DNA of 64,000 bases from an uncultured Chthonomonadaceae bacterium (GCA_963835065.1 CAWIEK010000044.1:64001-128000); one strand, 5' to 3'. Counted from the first letter of the stretch, positions 1 through 10,861 are shown. Program-made: numbers and translations. The notes: generated by a model from the letters alone, not told the origin.

Positions 1-987
1 CTTTCCGGCCTGCCCGCCCTTGTGGATAAAGCGCTCGGCGCGGCAGTTCCCGGCCACGAGGCGCAGGCAAAAAAACTACGGGACGATACAGCGAAACTGG
101 CGCTGTGGGCGACGCCCGCCGATGCCGCAAGCCCCCTGCGCGACCTGGACACGGCGCATACGGCTCTGGTTGCGGCGTTGACAAAGCGGGTTGATGCGCT
201 GAATGCTTCGTCCGCGCAGGCTTCGTATGCGCGCGTCCACGATTGGGTGCAGTCCACGCTGCCTGCGTTCCTGCGCCAATCCGACGCGCTCACGTACCAG
301 AACATTCTGGACGGCCTGGCCGACATGCGCCCCATCAAGCAGGCCGCTCGTCTGGATGACAAGATGCAGGCGTTCCTGACGCATCTCGCGCCCTTGCAGG
401 ACGCCATTACGCAGTCGGCGAACAGCCTGTTTTCCGGCCTGCGCGACGCCTTGCAGATGCTCAACCCGCTCACCTTGCAGGATCAGGCCAAAGCCATTTA
501 CGAGGCCATTACGACGAAAATGGCCGTTCTCGACCCGGTTCCGCTTGCCAAACAGTTGCGAACGGACATTTATTTGCCCCTGCGCGTACCCCTCGACGCC
601 ATCGCGCCGGACAAAATCGCCGCGCAGCTTAATGCCGCGTTCAAAGCCGTTTCTACCGCGCTCACGGACGGAGTGCGCGCGCTGCTGGACAAGATCGTAG
701 GCGCGGTAGACGCCAAATTGACCGACGTTCGGACGCGCATACAGGCCATCATCAAGCAGGTGCAGGACCTCATCACCGGTACCGTAACTAAGGTGCGGGC
801 GGCATTGGACAAACTGGAAAATATCATTTTCGTGGGCGTATTGGAACGCCTGCAAAAGCTCATAGACAAATTGGGCGTCAGCTTCGACAAGGAATTGAAC
901 CGGGTAGTACAAGCCTTCGACGCGATGCTGGCCGCCATCCCGCTCAAAAGCAATTCGCCTCCGGCGGCTTTGCCCCTTGCGGCGTAA
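1..987 (+). CDS. C-terminal part of a long helical, Ala/Leu-rich protein (tape-measure-like or eCIS-associated); 5' truncated by the window
   Basis: Frame is open from base 1; amphipathic helical repeats (LNPLTL, LDPVPL, IAPDKI); lies upstream of tail/baseplate genes. Confidence 0.5.
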   Translation, partial: LSGLPALVDKALGAAVPGHEAQAKKLRDDTAKLALWATPADAASPLRDLDTAHTALVAALTKRVDALNASSAQASYARVHDWVQSTLPAFLRQSDALTYQNILDGLADMRPIKQAARLDDKMQAFLTHLAPLQDAITQSANSLFSGLRDALQMLNPLTLQDQAKAIYEAITTKMAVLDPVPLAKQLRTDIYLPLRVPLDAIAPDKIAAQLNAAFKAVSTALTDGVRALLDKIVGAVDAKLTDVRTRIQAIIKQVQDLITGTVTKVRAALDKLENIIFVGVLERLQKLIDKLGVSFDKELNRVVQAFDAMLAAIPLKSNSPPAALPLAA

Positions 988-992
988 ACCAA

Positions 993-1027
993 TGGGTGTT
1001 GGGTGTTAGGTATTAGGTGTTGGGGTG
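993..1027. repeat. Degenerate heptamer tandem repeat (GGTGTTG/GGTATTA type)
   Basis: tgggtgttgggtgttaggtattaggtgttggggtg, intergenic. Confidence 0.7.
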
Positions 1028-1058
1028 ATCAACGATTAGATTGAAGAAGGAAGCAAGT

Positions 1059-3394
1059 ATGCCCGTCGCGGCCATGCACAATCAGGAGCCTGCTTTCCAT
1101 ACACTGACGGAAGCCGAGCGTCAGCAGGAGGCTTTGCGCCGCGTGGAAGGCTATCTTTATGAGACGGCAAAACCCCGCGTCACGTATGGGCCGAACGGCG
1201 CGGTTGTCGGCGTGGAGGAAACGGACGGCAGGCAATCCGTTTATACCTACTCCGATTGGGGCGATTTGATCGGCATCCGTGAACCGGACGGACGCGAAAC
1301 GCGCTACGAGTACGAGGCGCGGCGGCTGACCCGCGTTGTCTTCCCGGACGGCGGGGAAACTCGCTATGAATACGACGCGAACGGGCATTTGTCCACTATG
1401 TCGGAACGGGGCTTCGTGACCCGCTATGCTTACGACGCGCAGGGACGATGGACGCAATCCGTATGCGCGGACGGAACCACGACGGATTATATGTATGACG
1501 CGCAGGGACGTGTCATACGCGCCGTTGCAACCCCGCCCGCTTCACCGGAAACACAAACGCAAACCGACGTCTGCCAACTGCCCGTCACGATGGAATATGA
1601 ACACGACGCGCAGGGACAAATAACGGCGATTCATCAGGAAATAAACGGCGTCCGCGTAAGCGTCCGGCTGCGCTTCGATGCGTCCGGGCGGCTGTCGGAA
1701 CTAAACCTGCCCGGCCTCCCCGCGCCCCTCCGCTATACCTGGGACAAAACTGGCAGGCCGCAAACCGTCAGCCTGAACACGGAAAGTTCCCCTGTTCCCT
1801 GTTCCCTGTCACCTGTTCCCTTGCCTCTAGCGCAATTCGAGTTCGACGACGCGACCCGAACCACGCGGGTTCATCTGGCGAACGGCTGGGTTGAGGAGAC
1901 GCGAGCAGATAGCATTGACTGCCGCCCCGTTTCACGGCGGGTGTGGCATACGGAGCGGACAAACGAAACCCTGCTTTCGCGGCACAACACGTATGACGCG
2001 CAGGGCAGAATCATTGCCGATGGCGCGCGCTGCTACGATTACGACGTGGCAGGCCGGTTATGCGCCGTTCATGCCGTTCAGGAAGAAACTAGCCGCGCCT
2101 ATGCCTACGATTCGGGTGACTGTCTGCTGCGCGACAACGCTCCTGCCGATACAGGGGATTTGCGCGACAGCAATCCTGCCGATGCGGACGTTTTGCCCGT
2201 TCACGATGCGCGCGGGCGGCAAACGAGGCGCACAGATGCGTGCGGCACATGGACATACGCCTACGACGATGCCCACAATCTGCGCCGCGTTGCCTTAAAC
2301 GGTCAGCCCGTTGCCACCTTCGCCTACGATCACAAAGGCCAACTCGCCGCGTCGCAAATCGAAAACCGCGTGGAGCGTTACTTGTACGGGCCTGCCGATG
2401 AATTGCTTGCGGTCACGGACGCAGCAGGCAATCTAATACGCGCCGACATTCGTACTCCGCTCGGCCTGCTGGCGCAGATAGACGGCGCGGGCGATATTTT
2501 TTCACGCACAACGATGACCGCGCCACCTGCCTCGCCGTGACGGATTTGCAGGGTGCAGTTGTAGAGCGTTTTGATGTTGAGGCGTATGGAAACGTCGGCA
2601 AACCTTACTTCGCCGCCCTCGGCCTGTGCCACTGGGGGGCGCGGTGGTACGATCCGCAGGGCGGGCGGTTTCTGACGCGGGACACGTATACGGGAGCGCC
2701 GGATGATGCGCGGCTTGTGCATCCGTGCCTGAGCGCGGCGGAGCAGGGGAGGGCGCGGGCGCACATTTTGATGGACTGGCTCAAGCAGCCGCGCGTTCGG
2801 CGCAGTTATGCGTTTTGTCACGGCGACCCGATCAACTATGTAGACCCGAACGGGCATTGGGCGCTGGGCGGCGCGCTGCTGTCGCTGCTGGGCGCGATCT
2901 GGTCCCTGCCCAATACCCTGCTTGGTTTGCTGCTGGAAATCACGTGCCTGATCGGGGAAGTGATCCGCTGGCTGGCGTTTCTGATAAGCGGCGGTAAAAC
3001 CAACTGGCAGACGCCGGGTGTGGAAGGCATCGTTTCTTCATCGCGCTTGAATACGGTTGCGCTCGTGTTCAGTGGCGGCTGGCTTGGTTCCCTGCCCGGC
3101 ATGACCGCGCTCACGTTTGGCAATGTGATTTTCGTCAACAAGGACTGGAAAAGCAATCCGGCCATCAATCCCGCCGGCAACGTTCAGCCGCCCGCGTATA
3201 AGGGAACCGTTTCCCTGCCGGGCAGTCAGGCGCTGTATGAGCGTGAAATGCGGCGGGGCAATCAGTACGGCTGGTTCGGCCCGTTCTATCATCTTGGCGT
3301 ACCGACGTTCGGGCTGTACCTGTGGGATTTGCTCATCAACGGGCCGGACAAGTCGTGGCTCAATGCCGACGCGCATAATTATGGAGGCGTGTAA
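1059..3394 (+). CDS. Short Rhs/YD-repeat protein with Rhs core and hydrophobic C-terminal tip; split by a frameshift at the T-run 2497-2502
   Basis: Many YxYD(A)xGR repeats in 1041..2540. 2537..3394 has WGARWYDPQGGRFLTRD and DPINYVDPNGH. Adding one T gives DIFFTHNDDRATCLAVTD and joins the two ORFs. Confidence 0.85.
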
Positions 3395-3397
3395 GCC

Positions 3398-4453
3398 ATG
3401 CCGCCCCTGAAACCCACGTTTACGCTGATGGCGGGCAGCCTGCATTCCACCACCAAAAGTCCCGTTGGCGGCCCCTCCCGCATTTGCGTGGAGCGGGACA
3501 TGGACATTGCCGCCGATTCTGCCCGCGTGTGGCTGGACGAGCGGAGCGGCGTGGAATTAGAAGATGCCATCACGCTGAAATTGGGCAATGACGGCGATGA
3601 AATGACGGTGTTTACCGGCAAGGTTGTAGCCCTGCGGCCTACGCTTGACGGCGTGATTTTGGAAGCGTTGGGCAGTTTGAACGCCCTGCTCAACCTGCGA
3701 ACGTCCAAAATGTGCCTCAACAAAACGCCGGGTGACATTGTAAGCGATCTGGCGTCAACAGGAAGCGTGACGACCGGAACCATTGACAGCGGGCCGAGCC
3801 TGCCCCGCTTCGCGCTGGACAGCCGCCTGAGCGCGTATGCCCACATCAAAGACCTGGCAGACCGATTGGGCTACGAAGTGTACGCGGATCGTGACGGCAA
3901 ACTGATGTTTCACGCATTGGGCGCGGCGGCAAGTCTGGATGGCGCGGGCGGTTTGAGCCTGCCGTCGGGAGTCGGGGGGGCGCTTGGCGGACTTGCGGGC
4001 GCGGGCAGTGACAGTTACGCTTACGGAAAGAACCTGCTTGCCGCGCAGAGCGAGGCGCGAACGGCGGGGTGGGGCAAAATCACGGTTGGCGGCGAAAGTC
4101 CCACATCCGGGCAGGGAGACAAGGCCGCGTCCTGGCTCACGGCAAAAGACACGGATTATGACGGCGCGGCAGGTGACGGCAAGCCGACGCGCTTGTATCT
4201 CGATCCCGCCGCGCGAACGTCCGATCTGGCCGAACGCTTCGCCAAGGGGCGGCTGGCAACTTCGCAGCGCCGCGCCCATCAGGTTTGCTTTACCACATTG
4301 GGCCGCGCCGCCTTCGACCTGGGCGATGATACGCAGGTGAGCGGCGCAGACGACGACCAGATTAACGCAAGCGGCTATATTCGCGCCCTCCGCCACCGCT
4401 TCGACGCCGAAACCGGCTTCGTAACCGACGCGCGGATTTGCGTGAAAAAATAA
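3398..4453 (+). CDS. Baseplate hub / phage late-control gpD-like protein (gp27-like half of a split VgrG)
   Basis: gpD-like pattern (VFTGKV, LADRLGYEVYADRDGKLMF, C-terminal GYIRALRHRFDAETGFVT); sits directly before the gpV-like gene. Confidence 0.7.
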   Translation: MPPLKPTFTLMAGSLHSTTKSPVGGPSRICVERDMDIAADSARVWLDERSGVELEDAITLKLGNDGDEMTVFTGKVVALRPTLDGVILEALGSLNALLNLRTSKMCLNKTPGDIVSDLASTGSVTTGTIDSGPSLPRFALDSRLSAYAHIKDLADRLGYEVYADRDGKLMFHALGAAASLDGAGGLSLPSGVGGALGGLAGAGSDSYAYGKNLLAAQSEARTAGWGKITVGGESPTSGQGDKAASWLTAKDTDYDGAAGDGKPTRLYLDPAARTSDLAERFAKGRLATSQRRAHQVCFTTLGRAAFDLGDDTQVSGADDDQINASGYIRALRHRFDAETGFVTDARICVKK

Positions 4454-4512
4454 CATTACTCTCCTCTTTCCAAAACAAAATGTGGGCGGTCAGGAGAGGT
4501 TAATCTAAAATG

Positions 4513-4565
4513 CCTCCCCTCTCCTAGCGAGGAACGAGCGTCCAGGAGAGGGGCCGGGGGTGAGG
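4513..4565. repeat. REP-like palindromic intergenic element (CCCCTCTCCT...AGGAGAGGGGCCGGGGGTGAGG)
   Basis: Inverted arms cccctctcct / aggagagggg are visible in the sequence. Confidence 0.6.
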
Positions 4566-4568
4566 TAA

Positions 4569-5285
4569 GTGAGTCAGATCATTGACATCATACGCTGCGT
4601 GGTGCAGCAGGAACTCGCCCGGACCCGGACCAGTCTGCTCGGCGTCGTGACGGCTATTTTCGCGCACGAGGCCAAAGACGACAGCAACAACTACGAGGCC
4701 AGCGTCCGCTTCAAGCACGAGGATTGGGAACTGACGCGCATTCCCGTTGCTGTAGACCATACGGGCGCGGCCAGTCTGCCCGTTGTCGGCGATCTGGTTT
4801 TGGTGCAGTTCATTGACGGCGATCTGAACCAGCCTGTGATTACGGGGCGCTTTTACCATGAGGACAACCGCCCGCCCCTGCACAAAGCCGGGGACGTGAT
4901 GTTCGAGCAGCGGTACGAAGAAAACAACAGCCCCAAAATCAATCAATTGCGCTTTGGCGCGGACGGCGCGATCTATTTGCAGCACGATGTTACCAAACCG
5001 GAAGACAACAGCGACGCCAAAGCCACGATCAAGATAGAACCCAATGGTGATGTTACCATCAGCGCCAACAAAAAAGTCGTTATCAAACTGACCAATGATT
5101 CCAAGTTGGAAATCACCGCCGATGATCTGCCCTTCGACATCAAATGCAAGAAATTGACTGTTACGGGGGATGCGGAAATCACGGGCAAAACCACGATTGG
5201 CGGTGACACCACGATCAATGCCAAACTGACGGTTGGTACGGCGACCAAGACTACGATAGATGGCAGCACGATTACAGGGAGCTGA
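4569..5285 (+). CDS. Baseplate assembly protein V / gp5-like spike (OB fold + beta-helix)
   Basis: LPVVGDLVLVQFIDGDLNQPVITGRFY OB-fold signature; C-terminal beta-strand repeats. Confidence 0.85.
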   Translation: MSQIIDIIRCVVQQELARTRTSLLGVVTAIFAHEAKDDSNNYEASVRFKHEDWELTRIPVAVDHTGAASLPVVGDLVLVQFIDGDLNQPVITGRFYHEDNRPPLHKAGDVMFEQRYEENNSPKINQLRFGADGAIYLQHDVTKPEDNSDAKATIKIEPNGDVTISANKKVVIKLTNDSKLEITADDLPFDIKCKKLTVTGDAEITGKTTIGGDTTINAKLTVGTATKTTIDGSTITGS

Positions 5286-5295
5286 TACAACGGCT

Positions 5296-5718
5296 ATGGG
5301 AACGCTCACGCTCAAAGGCAAATTGAACCTGATGGGCAATCTGACGCTCAAAGACACGGTTGTGATTGACGGCAAGAAGGCACTGGTGCAATTGTCGGCT
5401 CCAAGCGATCCGCCCCACAGTACGAGCGGCATTCCCGTAATTATTCCGCCGCCGCCCGCTCCGAAGCCACTGGACGATGGCCCAAATGTATGGGTCATAG
5501 CCAGCTTTAATCAAACGGTGAAGGCCGGAAGTAAGCCCATTGTTGCGCTTGGCATGGCGATACAGGGCGCTACTCCCATCTGGCCCGGCATGATGCTGCC
5601 GAGCGTGGGCAATACGGGACCCGTCACCATCAACTTCATACCAATCAACGTAGAGAAAGACCAGTGCATCATTTTTCCGTCCGGGGCCAGCGCAGAGCTG
5701 AGTACAAGCGGGCAGTAA
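5296..5718 (+). CDS. Putative PAAR-like spike-tip protein
   Basis: 140 aa directly after the spike; three-fold motif VVIDGKKALV / VKAGSKPIVA / VTINFIPINV. Confidence 0.45.
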   Translation: MGTLTLKGKLNLMGNLTLKDTVVIDGKKALVQLSAPSDPPHSTSGIPVIIPPPPAPKPLDDGPNVWVIASFNQTVKAGSKPIVALGMAIQGATPIWPGMMLPSVGNTGPVTINFIPINVEKDQCIIFPSGASAELSTSGQ

Positions 5719-5721
5719 ACC

Positions 5722-6564
5722 ATGACGAACGCTGTCGCGCCGCAGGGCATTACCCAACTTAAACTGATCGTTGACGCGCCCGCCAACGGCGCGGTGTTTG
5801 TGGCGCCGGGAACGCCACCGGTGGCAGGAACGCCGCCGACAGCCAGCGTTGCTTTCGCGGGGCATGTCGTGACCCCGCCCGCAGGCATTACGCTGTTTTA
5901 TAAATGGTATTCCAGCCTGTATACTCCCGCCGACGCCAATCTTGTCGCGCTGAACGCGCCCAATTTTACGCAGACCGGCGGCAGCATTGCTTTACAAGTC
6001 GGAACGCACGTTTTAACGTTTACCGCGAAAGATCAACTCGAGGAAAGCGTGGCCGCAACGCTAAAAGTAAAATACGCAGGCTTGGCGGGCGGGCCACCGC
6101 AAAACCCGCAGCCCCCACCGGACAAACTGCCGCCGCCCTGCGTGATACACGTTTTCGCGGCGCAGTCGCTGTGGCCTAACAATGCAAACGGAGGAACGTA
6201 CACGCTGATTCGCGCCAATGCTGTATTTCAGGGCGTTGCCGCAACCGCCGCACATCAGGGATTGGAAGCCGCCGCGCCGTCAAAATGGACGAACCCTGCT
6301 TACCTGGCGCTCAATCGCATCAGTTACGTGTGGCGTTTTTCTCGCGCAGGCCAACCCGTCGTGGAACTGCGCCCCGCCGCGAAAGACTTGCTGTTTGTGC
6401 CTGCGCAGGGCACGGATGGCGCGCGCGTCCGTTTGCAAGGACCACTGCCTGCCACTCTGGTAAGCAGCGTTCCCTACTCCGTCAGCCTGCGCGTCGAGGA
6501 CATCAACCCGCCGCATCAAGGCCATAACGATCCGGTGACAGCCACGATTACCATTATTGGTTAG
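5722..6564 (+). CDS. Hypothetical beta-rich (Ig-like) protein within the injection-system operon
   Basis: 280-aa ORF tightly packed between the tip and gp25 genes. Confidence 0.55.
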   Translation: MTNAVAPQGITQLKLIVDAPANGAVFVAPGTPPVAGTPPTASVAFAGHVVTPPAGITLFYKWYSSLYTPADANLVALNAPNFTQTGGSIALQVGTHVLTFTAKDQLEESVAATLKVKYAGLAGGPPQNPQPPPDKLPPPCVIHVFAAQSLWPNNANGGTYTLIRANAVFQGVAATAAHQGLEAAAPSKWTNPAYLALNRISYVWRFSRAGQPVVELRPAAKDLLFVPAQGTDGARVRLQGPLPATLVSSVPYSVSLRVEDINPPHQGHNDPVTATITIIG

Positions 6565-6574
6565 GAACAGTTTT

Positions 6575-7000
6575 ATGATTGACCGGGAATTGCTTTTCGG
6601 CAACGACATACAGGTGTTGGAGCGGGCGGGCGGCTTTGACGCGATTGCCGGGGGTGACGGCGATTTGCGCATGGCGCGAGGCACGGACGACATTATTCAG
6701 GCGCTGACCCTGCGCCTGCTGGTACGCCTGGGCGCGCTGGCTCCGCTCGGCTGGCCGGACTATGGTTCCCGCCTGCACGAACTCATCGGCGAACCCAATA
6801 ACCGGCGCACTCATTTGAAACTGATGGCTTTTGCCCGCGCCGCGCTGGAACTGGACGCCCGCGTGGATCAAGTAGCCGACATACAGGCTGAAATCGCGCC
6901 GGGTGAGCGCAATGCCGCGCGCCTGACCATTACGGTTGCCCTGATACAGCAGCCCACGCCCGTAACGCTGGTTTTTCTCGCCAATTTGGAGGCGCAATAA
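6575..7000 (+). CDS. gp25/GPW-like baseplate wedge protein
   Basis: QALTLRLL...G.L...PDYGSRLHELIGEP and LELDARV motifs. Confidence 0.9.
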   Translation: MIDRELLFGNDIQVLERAGGFDAIAGGDGDLRMARGTDDIIQALTLRLLVRLGALAPLGWPDYGSRLHELIGEPNNRRTHLKLMAFARAALELDARVDQVADIQAEIAPGERNAARLTITVALIQQPTPVTLVFLANLEAQ

Positions 7001-8809
7001 ATGATTGCAGACCCGGGACGCCCGTTTTCCAAATCTTTTGCCGATCTCATTGACGCGATGCAGATCCGGCTTACGAGCGGCGTGGAAATGCCCGCTTCCC
7101 TGACACTTGCCTATCAGGAAGGGACAAGCGCGTATGACCTGCCTTCCAACCTGCTCACTCTGACGACGGTATGGGCGCAGATCGGCAGCCGCGTCGTGAC
7201 CTGTCAGCCGGGCCGCGATGCTACGATCAACAACGTCGTTACCGTCGTTGGCGGCGATTATGTGATACGGGGCAGCAAACTGGTATGGCGGGCCGTCAGC
7301 GCCACCCTGGATGCGCCGGAAACGCTGCTCGTGGCGGGCATGATGTTCACCATCGAGTACACGGTGCGCGGGACGCCTTCGGGCATCAACGATTTTCTGC
7401 CCGGTAGCATCGCGGGTACGCTGGTGCGCGCCATCACCCGCGAAATGACGCTGATGTACAGCCAGATTGACGAGGCGTACCGGCGCGCGTTTCTGATGCA
7501 GGCTGAAGGCATCGCCCTGGATAACGTGGTTGCGCTGCTCGGCGTGTACCGCAACCCGGCTGTGAAAGCGGTGGGAAGCGTCACCTTTTTCGTCAAACAG
7601 CCGCCACTCAAGCCCATTGCTATTCCCGCGGGAACGCAGGTCGCGGACGCGGGCGGGCGCTTGTTCGCCACGCTGGCGGATAAAACCATCGGCGTCACGG
7701 ATCAGAACGTGACTGTAGACGCCGCCGCTCTTGACCCCGGCCCGCAGGGCAACGCGGACGTAAATACCATTACGGTCATGCCAACTCCCCCGCGCGGCGT
7801 GGACAGCGTGACCAACATCGCGGCGTTTATGGGCGGGCAAGTCGCTGAAGCCGACGACGCTTTGCGCGAACGCGCCCAGCACGCGCTTGACCGGGCGGGC
7901 AAGGGAACCCTCAACGCCATCAAGTACGCCGTAAAAGCCATACAGGGCGTCGAGGAAGTGGAAGTGCGGGATCATACCCTGGACGGCACAATCCCGTTGG
8001 GCGAAGTGCATGTCTATTATTCCGGCGGCAACAACCTGACCGGCCTGGACAACAAGGTACAACTCGTCGTCAACGATACGCGCTCGGCAGGCATTTTCCC
8101 CCGCATCTTCACCATTGACAAGGTGAACATCGGCGGCGTTTTTTATCTGCTGCCGGATGTGGGAATTCCCGATACCGCGCCCGCCGCGTTCCGGCAGGAT
8201 GTGGTTGCGGCGATAACCGCGCTGCCCGTTGGCGGCGCCCTCTCCCTGCGCCGACTGAATGCCCTTGTTTACAATGAAGTGGGACTCAAAGACGTGGCGG
8301 AAGCGCAATTGACGTCTACAGTGCGCGGAACCACGCAGGCCATCGCCACAGACCCGCTCACCATCAAGGCGACGGACACGCTTATGACCAGTGGGGATGC
8401 CATCAAGGTCGTAGTGATACGGGCGCTCGTGATTACCGACAAGACAAAAATCACCGTTACGCATGACACGAAGGCCACGCCGCCCACCTATACCCTTACT
8501 TTTCCCGTGCAGTTGACGGACGGAACCGCGCCGCTTCCCTTTCTCAATTTCATCCTGAATATCAATGTCGCGCTGACCGTCACTTCCAAAACCAACAACA
8601 GCGTACAAACAATTATCGGCCCTTACCGCGCGGCGGCTGTTTTCAAGGGCGACGGCAAAACGGCAAGTACCGCAATGGCGCAAATCATCGTGCCGGACGT
8701 GCCGGGAACGGGACTGCCGGCGGACCGCATACCTCTCATCAGCGCATCGCTGTCGGCGGACGGCTACCCGGCCATTCCCGCCATAACAACCGACGTGACA
8801 TTGCCGTAA
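7001..8809 (+). CDS. Baseplate J/gp47 family protein
   Basis: AEGIALDNVVALLGVYRNPA, IPAGTQV, GPQGN, GGQVAEADDALRERA motifs. Confidence 0.9.
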   Translation: MIADPGRPFSKSFADLIDAMQIRLTSGVEMPASLTLAYQEGTSAYDLPSNLLTLTTVWAQIGSRVVTCQPGRDATINNVVTVVGGDYVIRGSKLVWRAVSATLDAPETLLVAGMMFTIEYTVRGTPSGINDFLPGSIAGTLVRAITREMTLMYSQIDEAYRRAFLMQAEGIALDNVVALLGVYRNPAVKAVGSVTFFVKQPPLKPIAIPAGTQVADAGGRLFATLADKTIGVTDQNVTVDAAALDPGPQGNADVNTITVMPTPPRGVDSVTNIAAFMGGQVAEADDALRERAQHALDRAGKGTLNAIKYAVKAIQGVEEVEVRDHTLDGTIPLGEVHVYYSGGNNLTGLDNKVQLVVNDTRSAGIFPRIFTIDKVNIGGVFYLLPDVGIPDTAPAAFRQDVVAAITALPVGGALSLRRLNALVYNEVGLKDVAEAQLTSTVRGTTQAIATDPLTIKATDTLMTSGDAIKVVVIRALVITDKTKITVTHDTKATPPTYTLTFPVQLTDGTAPLPFLNFILNINVALTVTSKTNNSVQTIIGPYRAAAVFKGDGKTASTAMAQIIVPDVPGTGLPADRIPLISASLSADGYPAIPAITTDVTLP

Positions 8810-8839
8810 CTTCCGATAGAACGCGGGGAACTTAAACCG

Positions 8840-10189
8840 ATGTCGTACAAAACCGACCGCCTGCTTGCCCTGCTGCCGGACGTTTTCGCGGTGGAAAGCG
8901 AGTCGCTGCTGTACCACCTGCTGGACGCGGTGGGGGCGGAGTTCATGCAGGCCGATGAAAGCATCAAGCGGCTGCTGCGCTCACACTGGGTCAACTATGC
9001 CGATGGCGCGGCGCTGGACGCGCTGGCTTCCATCTATAACGTGTCCCGGCGTCGGCTTCGCGACGGCGAACTGGAAAGCGACGATGCGTTTCGGCTGCGG
9101 CTCAAATCCGTCGTGGATTTGTTTACGGGCGGCGGCTCGGTGCGGGCCGTAAAGGGCGCGGTGCGCTCCGCCCTGGGCCTGCCTTTCGATCTGGATCAAT
9201 TGAACCTGTCGAGTGAGTTCCAGAGTTTGCGCGACGATATCGAAGCTCTGGTTGTGCTGGAAGAATTCAAAACGCAGTTCAGCACGGTCTTCGGCAACAA
9301 TGTACAGCGCGCGGGCGACCTGGCCGAACTGCGCGTCAGCGTGGACTCGGCCAGCACCAGCGCCGCGCGGCCCGAAATCCAGTGGCATTTTACGCGGGGT
9401 TCAGCCCGCCATCTTCGCCTGGTCGTGACGGGCACAACAGACGGTTTTCAGTCCAAAACCGGGTTCATTGTGCCGGAAGACGGGACCCTGTACCTGTCCG
9501 GCGACACAGATGGTAATTTGAAAGTGGTGTTGAACAGTCAGGACGTGAGCGCGTCCTTCACCGGCCTGATTACCGACGCCGATCTCAAAGCGGGCAAAAC
9601 GCCCCCGCCCACGCGCCTGCCGCTCGTGCCGCAGGGCCACAGCGAGTGGACGTTTCGGGCAGGAAGCGGCGTCTGGGACGAAAGCGTATTCGACGAGGGC
9701 CAATTAGGGGCGGTAGACAGTTTCGGCTCTTCGGACGCCGATGCTGCGGGCGTGGCCGCGCCGCAATTTGAAATCAGCTTGCAGCAGGGGCAGAAGACGC
9801 CGCTGGAGTTCGATGTCAGGGTTCCCTATTTTCTAAAGCAGGCGGTGGAGCAGTTGGCGTCACTGCACAACTATCCTTCAAACTCGCTGCTCGTGTTCGA
9901 GGGACTGCCGCCCGAACGCATACAGGACGTGGTGAACCAGACGCGGGCTGCCGGGGTGCGCGGCACGGTGCAGTTCACGCTCAACCTGTACGACAATCAT
10001 TTTCTTAACGATGTCCTGCGTTTGCGGTCCACGCAGCACACGCAGGAGGACGCGGGCGCGCGGGAGGGGCTGTTCGCGCTCGGCTCTGTAGACAAGGCAC
10101 AGGAAACGCACGATGTAGGCGAGGTTTTCTTAATCGGCAGCGTGTTTGACCGCACCACATTTAACGGCAGTTACGGTTTTGCGTTTTAA
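8840..10189 (+). CDS. Baseplate wedge / tail protein I-like
   Basis: ADGAALDALASIYNVSR...ESDDAFRLRL and RAAGV motifs; follows baseplate J. Confidence 0.7.
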   Translation: MSYKTDRLLALLPDVFAVESESLLYHLLDAVGAEFMQADESIKRLLRSHWVNYADGAALDALASIYNVSRRRLRDGELESDDAFRLRLKSVVDLFTGGGSVRAVKGAVRSALGLPFDLDQLNLSSEFQSLRDDIEALVVLEEFKTQFSTVFGNNVQRAGDLAELRVSVDSASTSAARPEIQWHFTRGSARHLRLVVTGTTDGFQSKTGFIVPEDGTLYLSGDTDGNLKVVLNSQDVSASFTGLITDADLKAGKTPPPTRLPLVPQGHSEWTFRAGSGVWDESVFDEGQLGAVDSFGSSDADAAGVAAPQFEISLQQGQKTPLEFDVRVPYFLKQAVEQLASLHNYPSNSLLVFEGLPPERIQDVVNQTRAAGVRGTVQFTLNLYDNHFLNDVLRLRSTQHTQEDAGAREGLFALGSVDKAQETHDVGEVFLIGSVFDRTTFNGSYGFAF

Positions 10190-10226
10190 CATGGATAATG
10201 AAGGGTTGTTGAGAAGGAGGATCGCT

Positions 10227-10739
10227 ATGCAGGAGCGCAACGACATGCGCGGACAGTTGCGGATTGAGGTGCGCGACAGGGACGGGAACCTGGTGCAAAC
10301 GCAGGAGTGCCACAACCGCATCGTCCTGTCCGGGCGGTATCTGGTCGCGCACATGTTCGGCGGCGTACCCACCCCGGACCCGACGATTAAGCCCATCGCG
10401 TTTCTGGCGGTTGGCGAGGGAGCCGCAGCCGTTACGGATGACCAGACGGCCCTCGTCACCGAGCGCGGCCCGCGCAAGGCTATCACTAAAATAGATTATA
10501 CGGATTTTACCGACACGGGAACCAAGCGCGTCCGGGCGACGATCACGGCCACATTCGACTACAAGGAAGTCAACGGCAACGCGCCGCTCGTGGAAGCGGG
10601 CCTGTTCACCGATGACAACACGGTAGACCCCAAAACGAAGACGCCGAAAGCGGGAATCATGTACAACCGCGTCACCTTCAACCAAGTCAACAAAAACGAG
10701 TCCTTCCAACTCACGCTGCTGTGGGAGATTATTTTTTAG
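10227..10739 (+). CDS. Tail-collar/fibre-attachment-like protein
   Basis: N.IV..G, LAVGEG, EAGLF, NRVTF..V.K...LT..WEI.F pattern seen in tail modules; AAGGAGG RBS. Confidence 0.65.
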   Translation: MQERNDMRGQLRIEVRDRDGNLVQTQECHNRIVLSGRYLVAHMFGGVPTPDPTIKPIAFLAVGEGAAAVTDDQTALVTERGPRKAITKIDYTDFTDTGTKRVRATITATFDYKEVNGNAPLVEAGLFTDDNTVDPKTKTPKAGIMYNRVTFNQVNKNESFQLTLLWEIIF

Positions 10740-10745
10740 GAAGGC

Positions 10746-10861
10746 CATTAGGCATGTAGGCATTAGGCATTAGGCATCGGGCATTAGGAAAGAAGGTAGA
10801 AGGCAGAAGACAGAAGCCTGATCCCTGAACTCCTGACCCCTGACCCCTGACCCCTGACCCC
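10746..10861. repeat. Two heptamer tandem tracts (GGCATTA)n and (CCTGACC)n
   Basis: Directly visible intergenic tandem repeats. Confidence 0.8.

Noticed and set aside
6554..8917. 787-aa minus-strand ORF
   Set aside because: Antisense shadow of gp25/baseplate J in GC-rich DNA; no recognisable motifs
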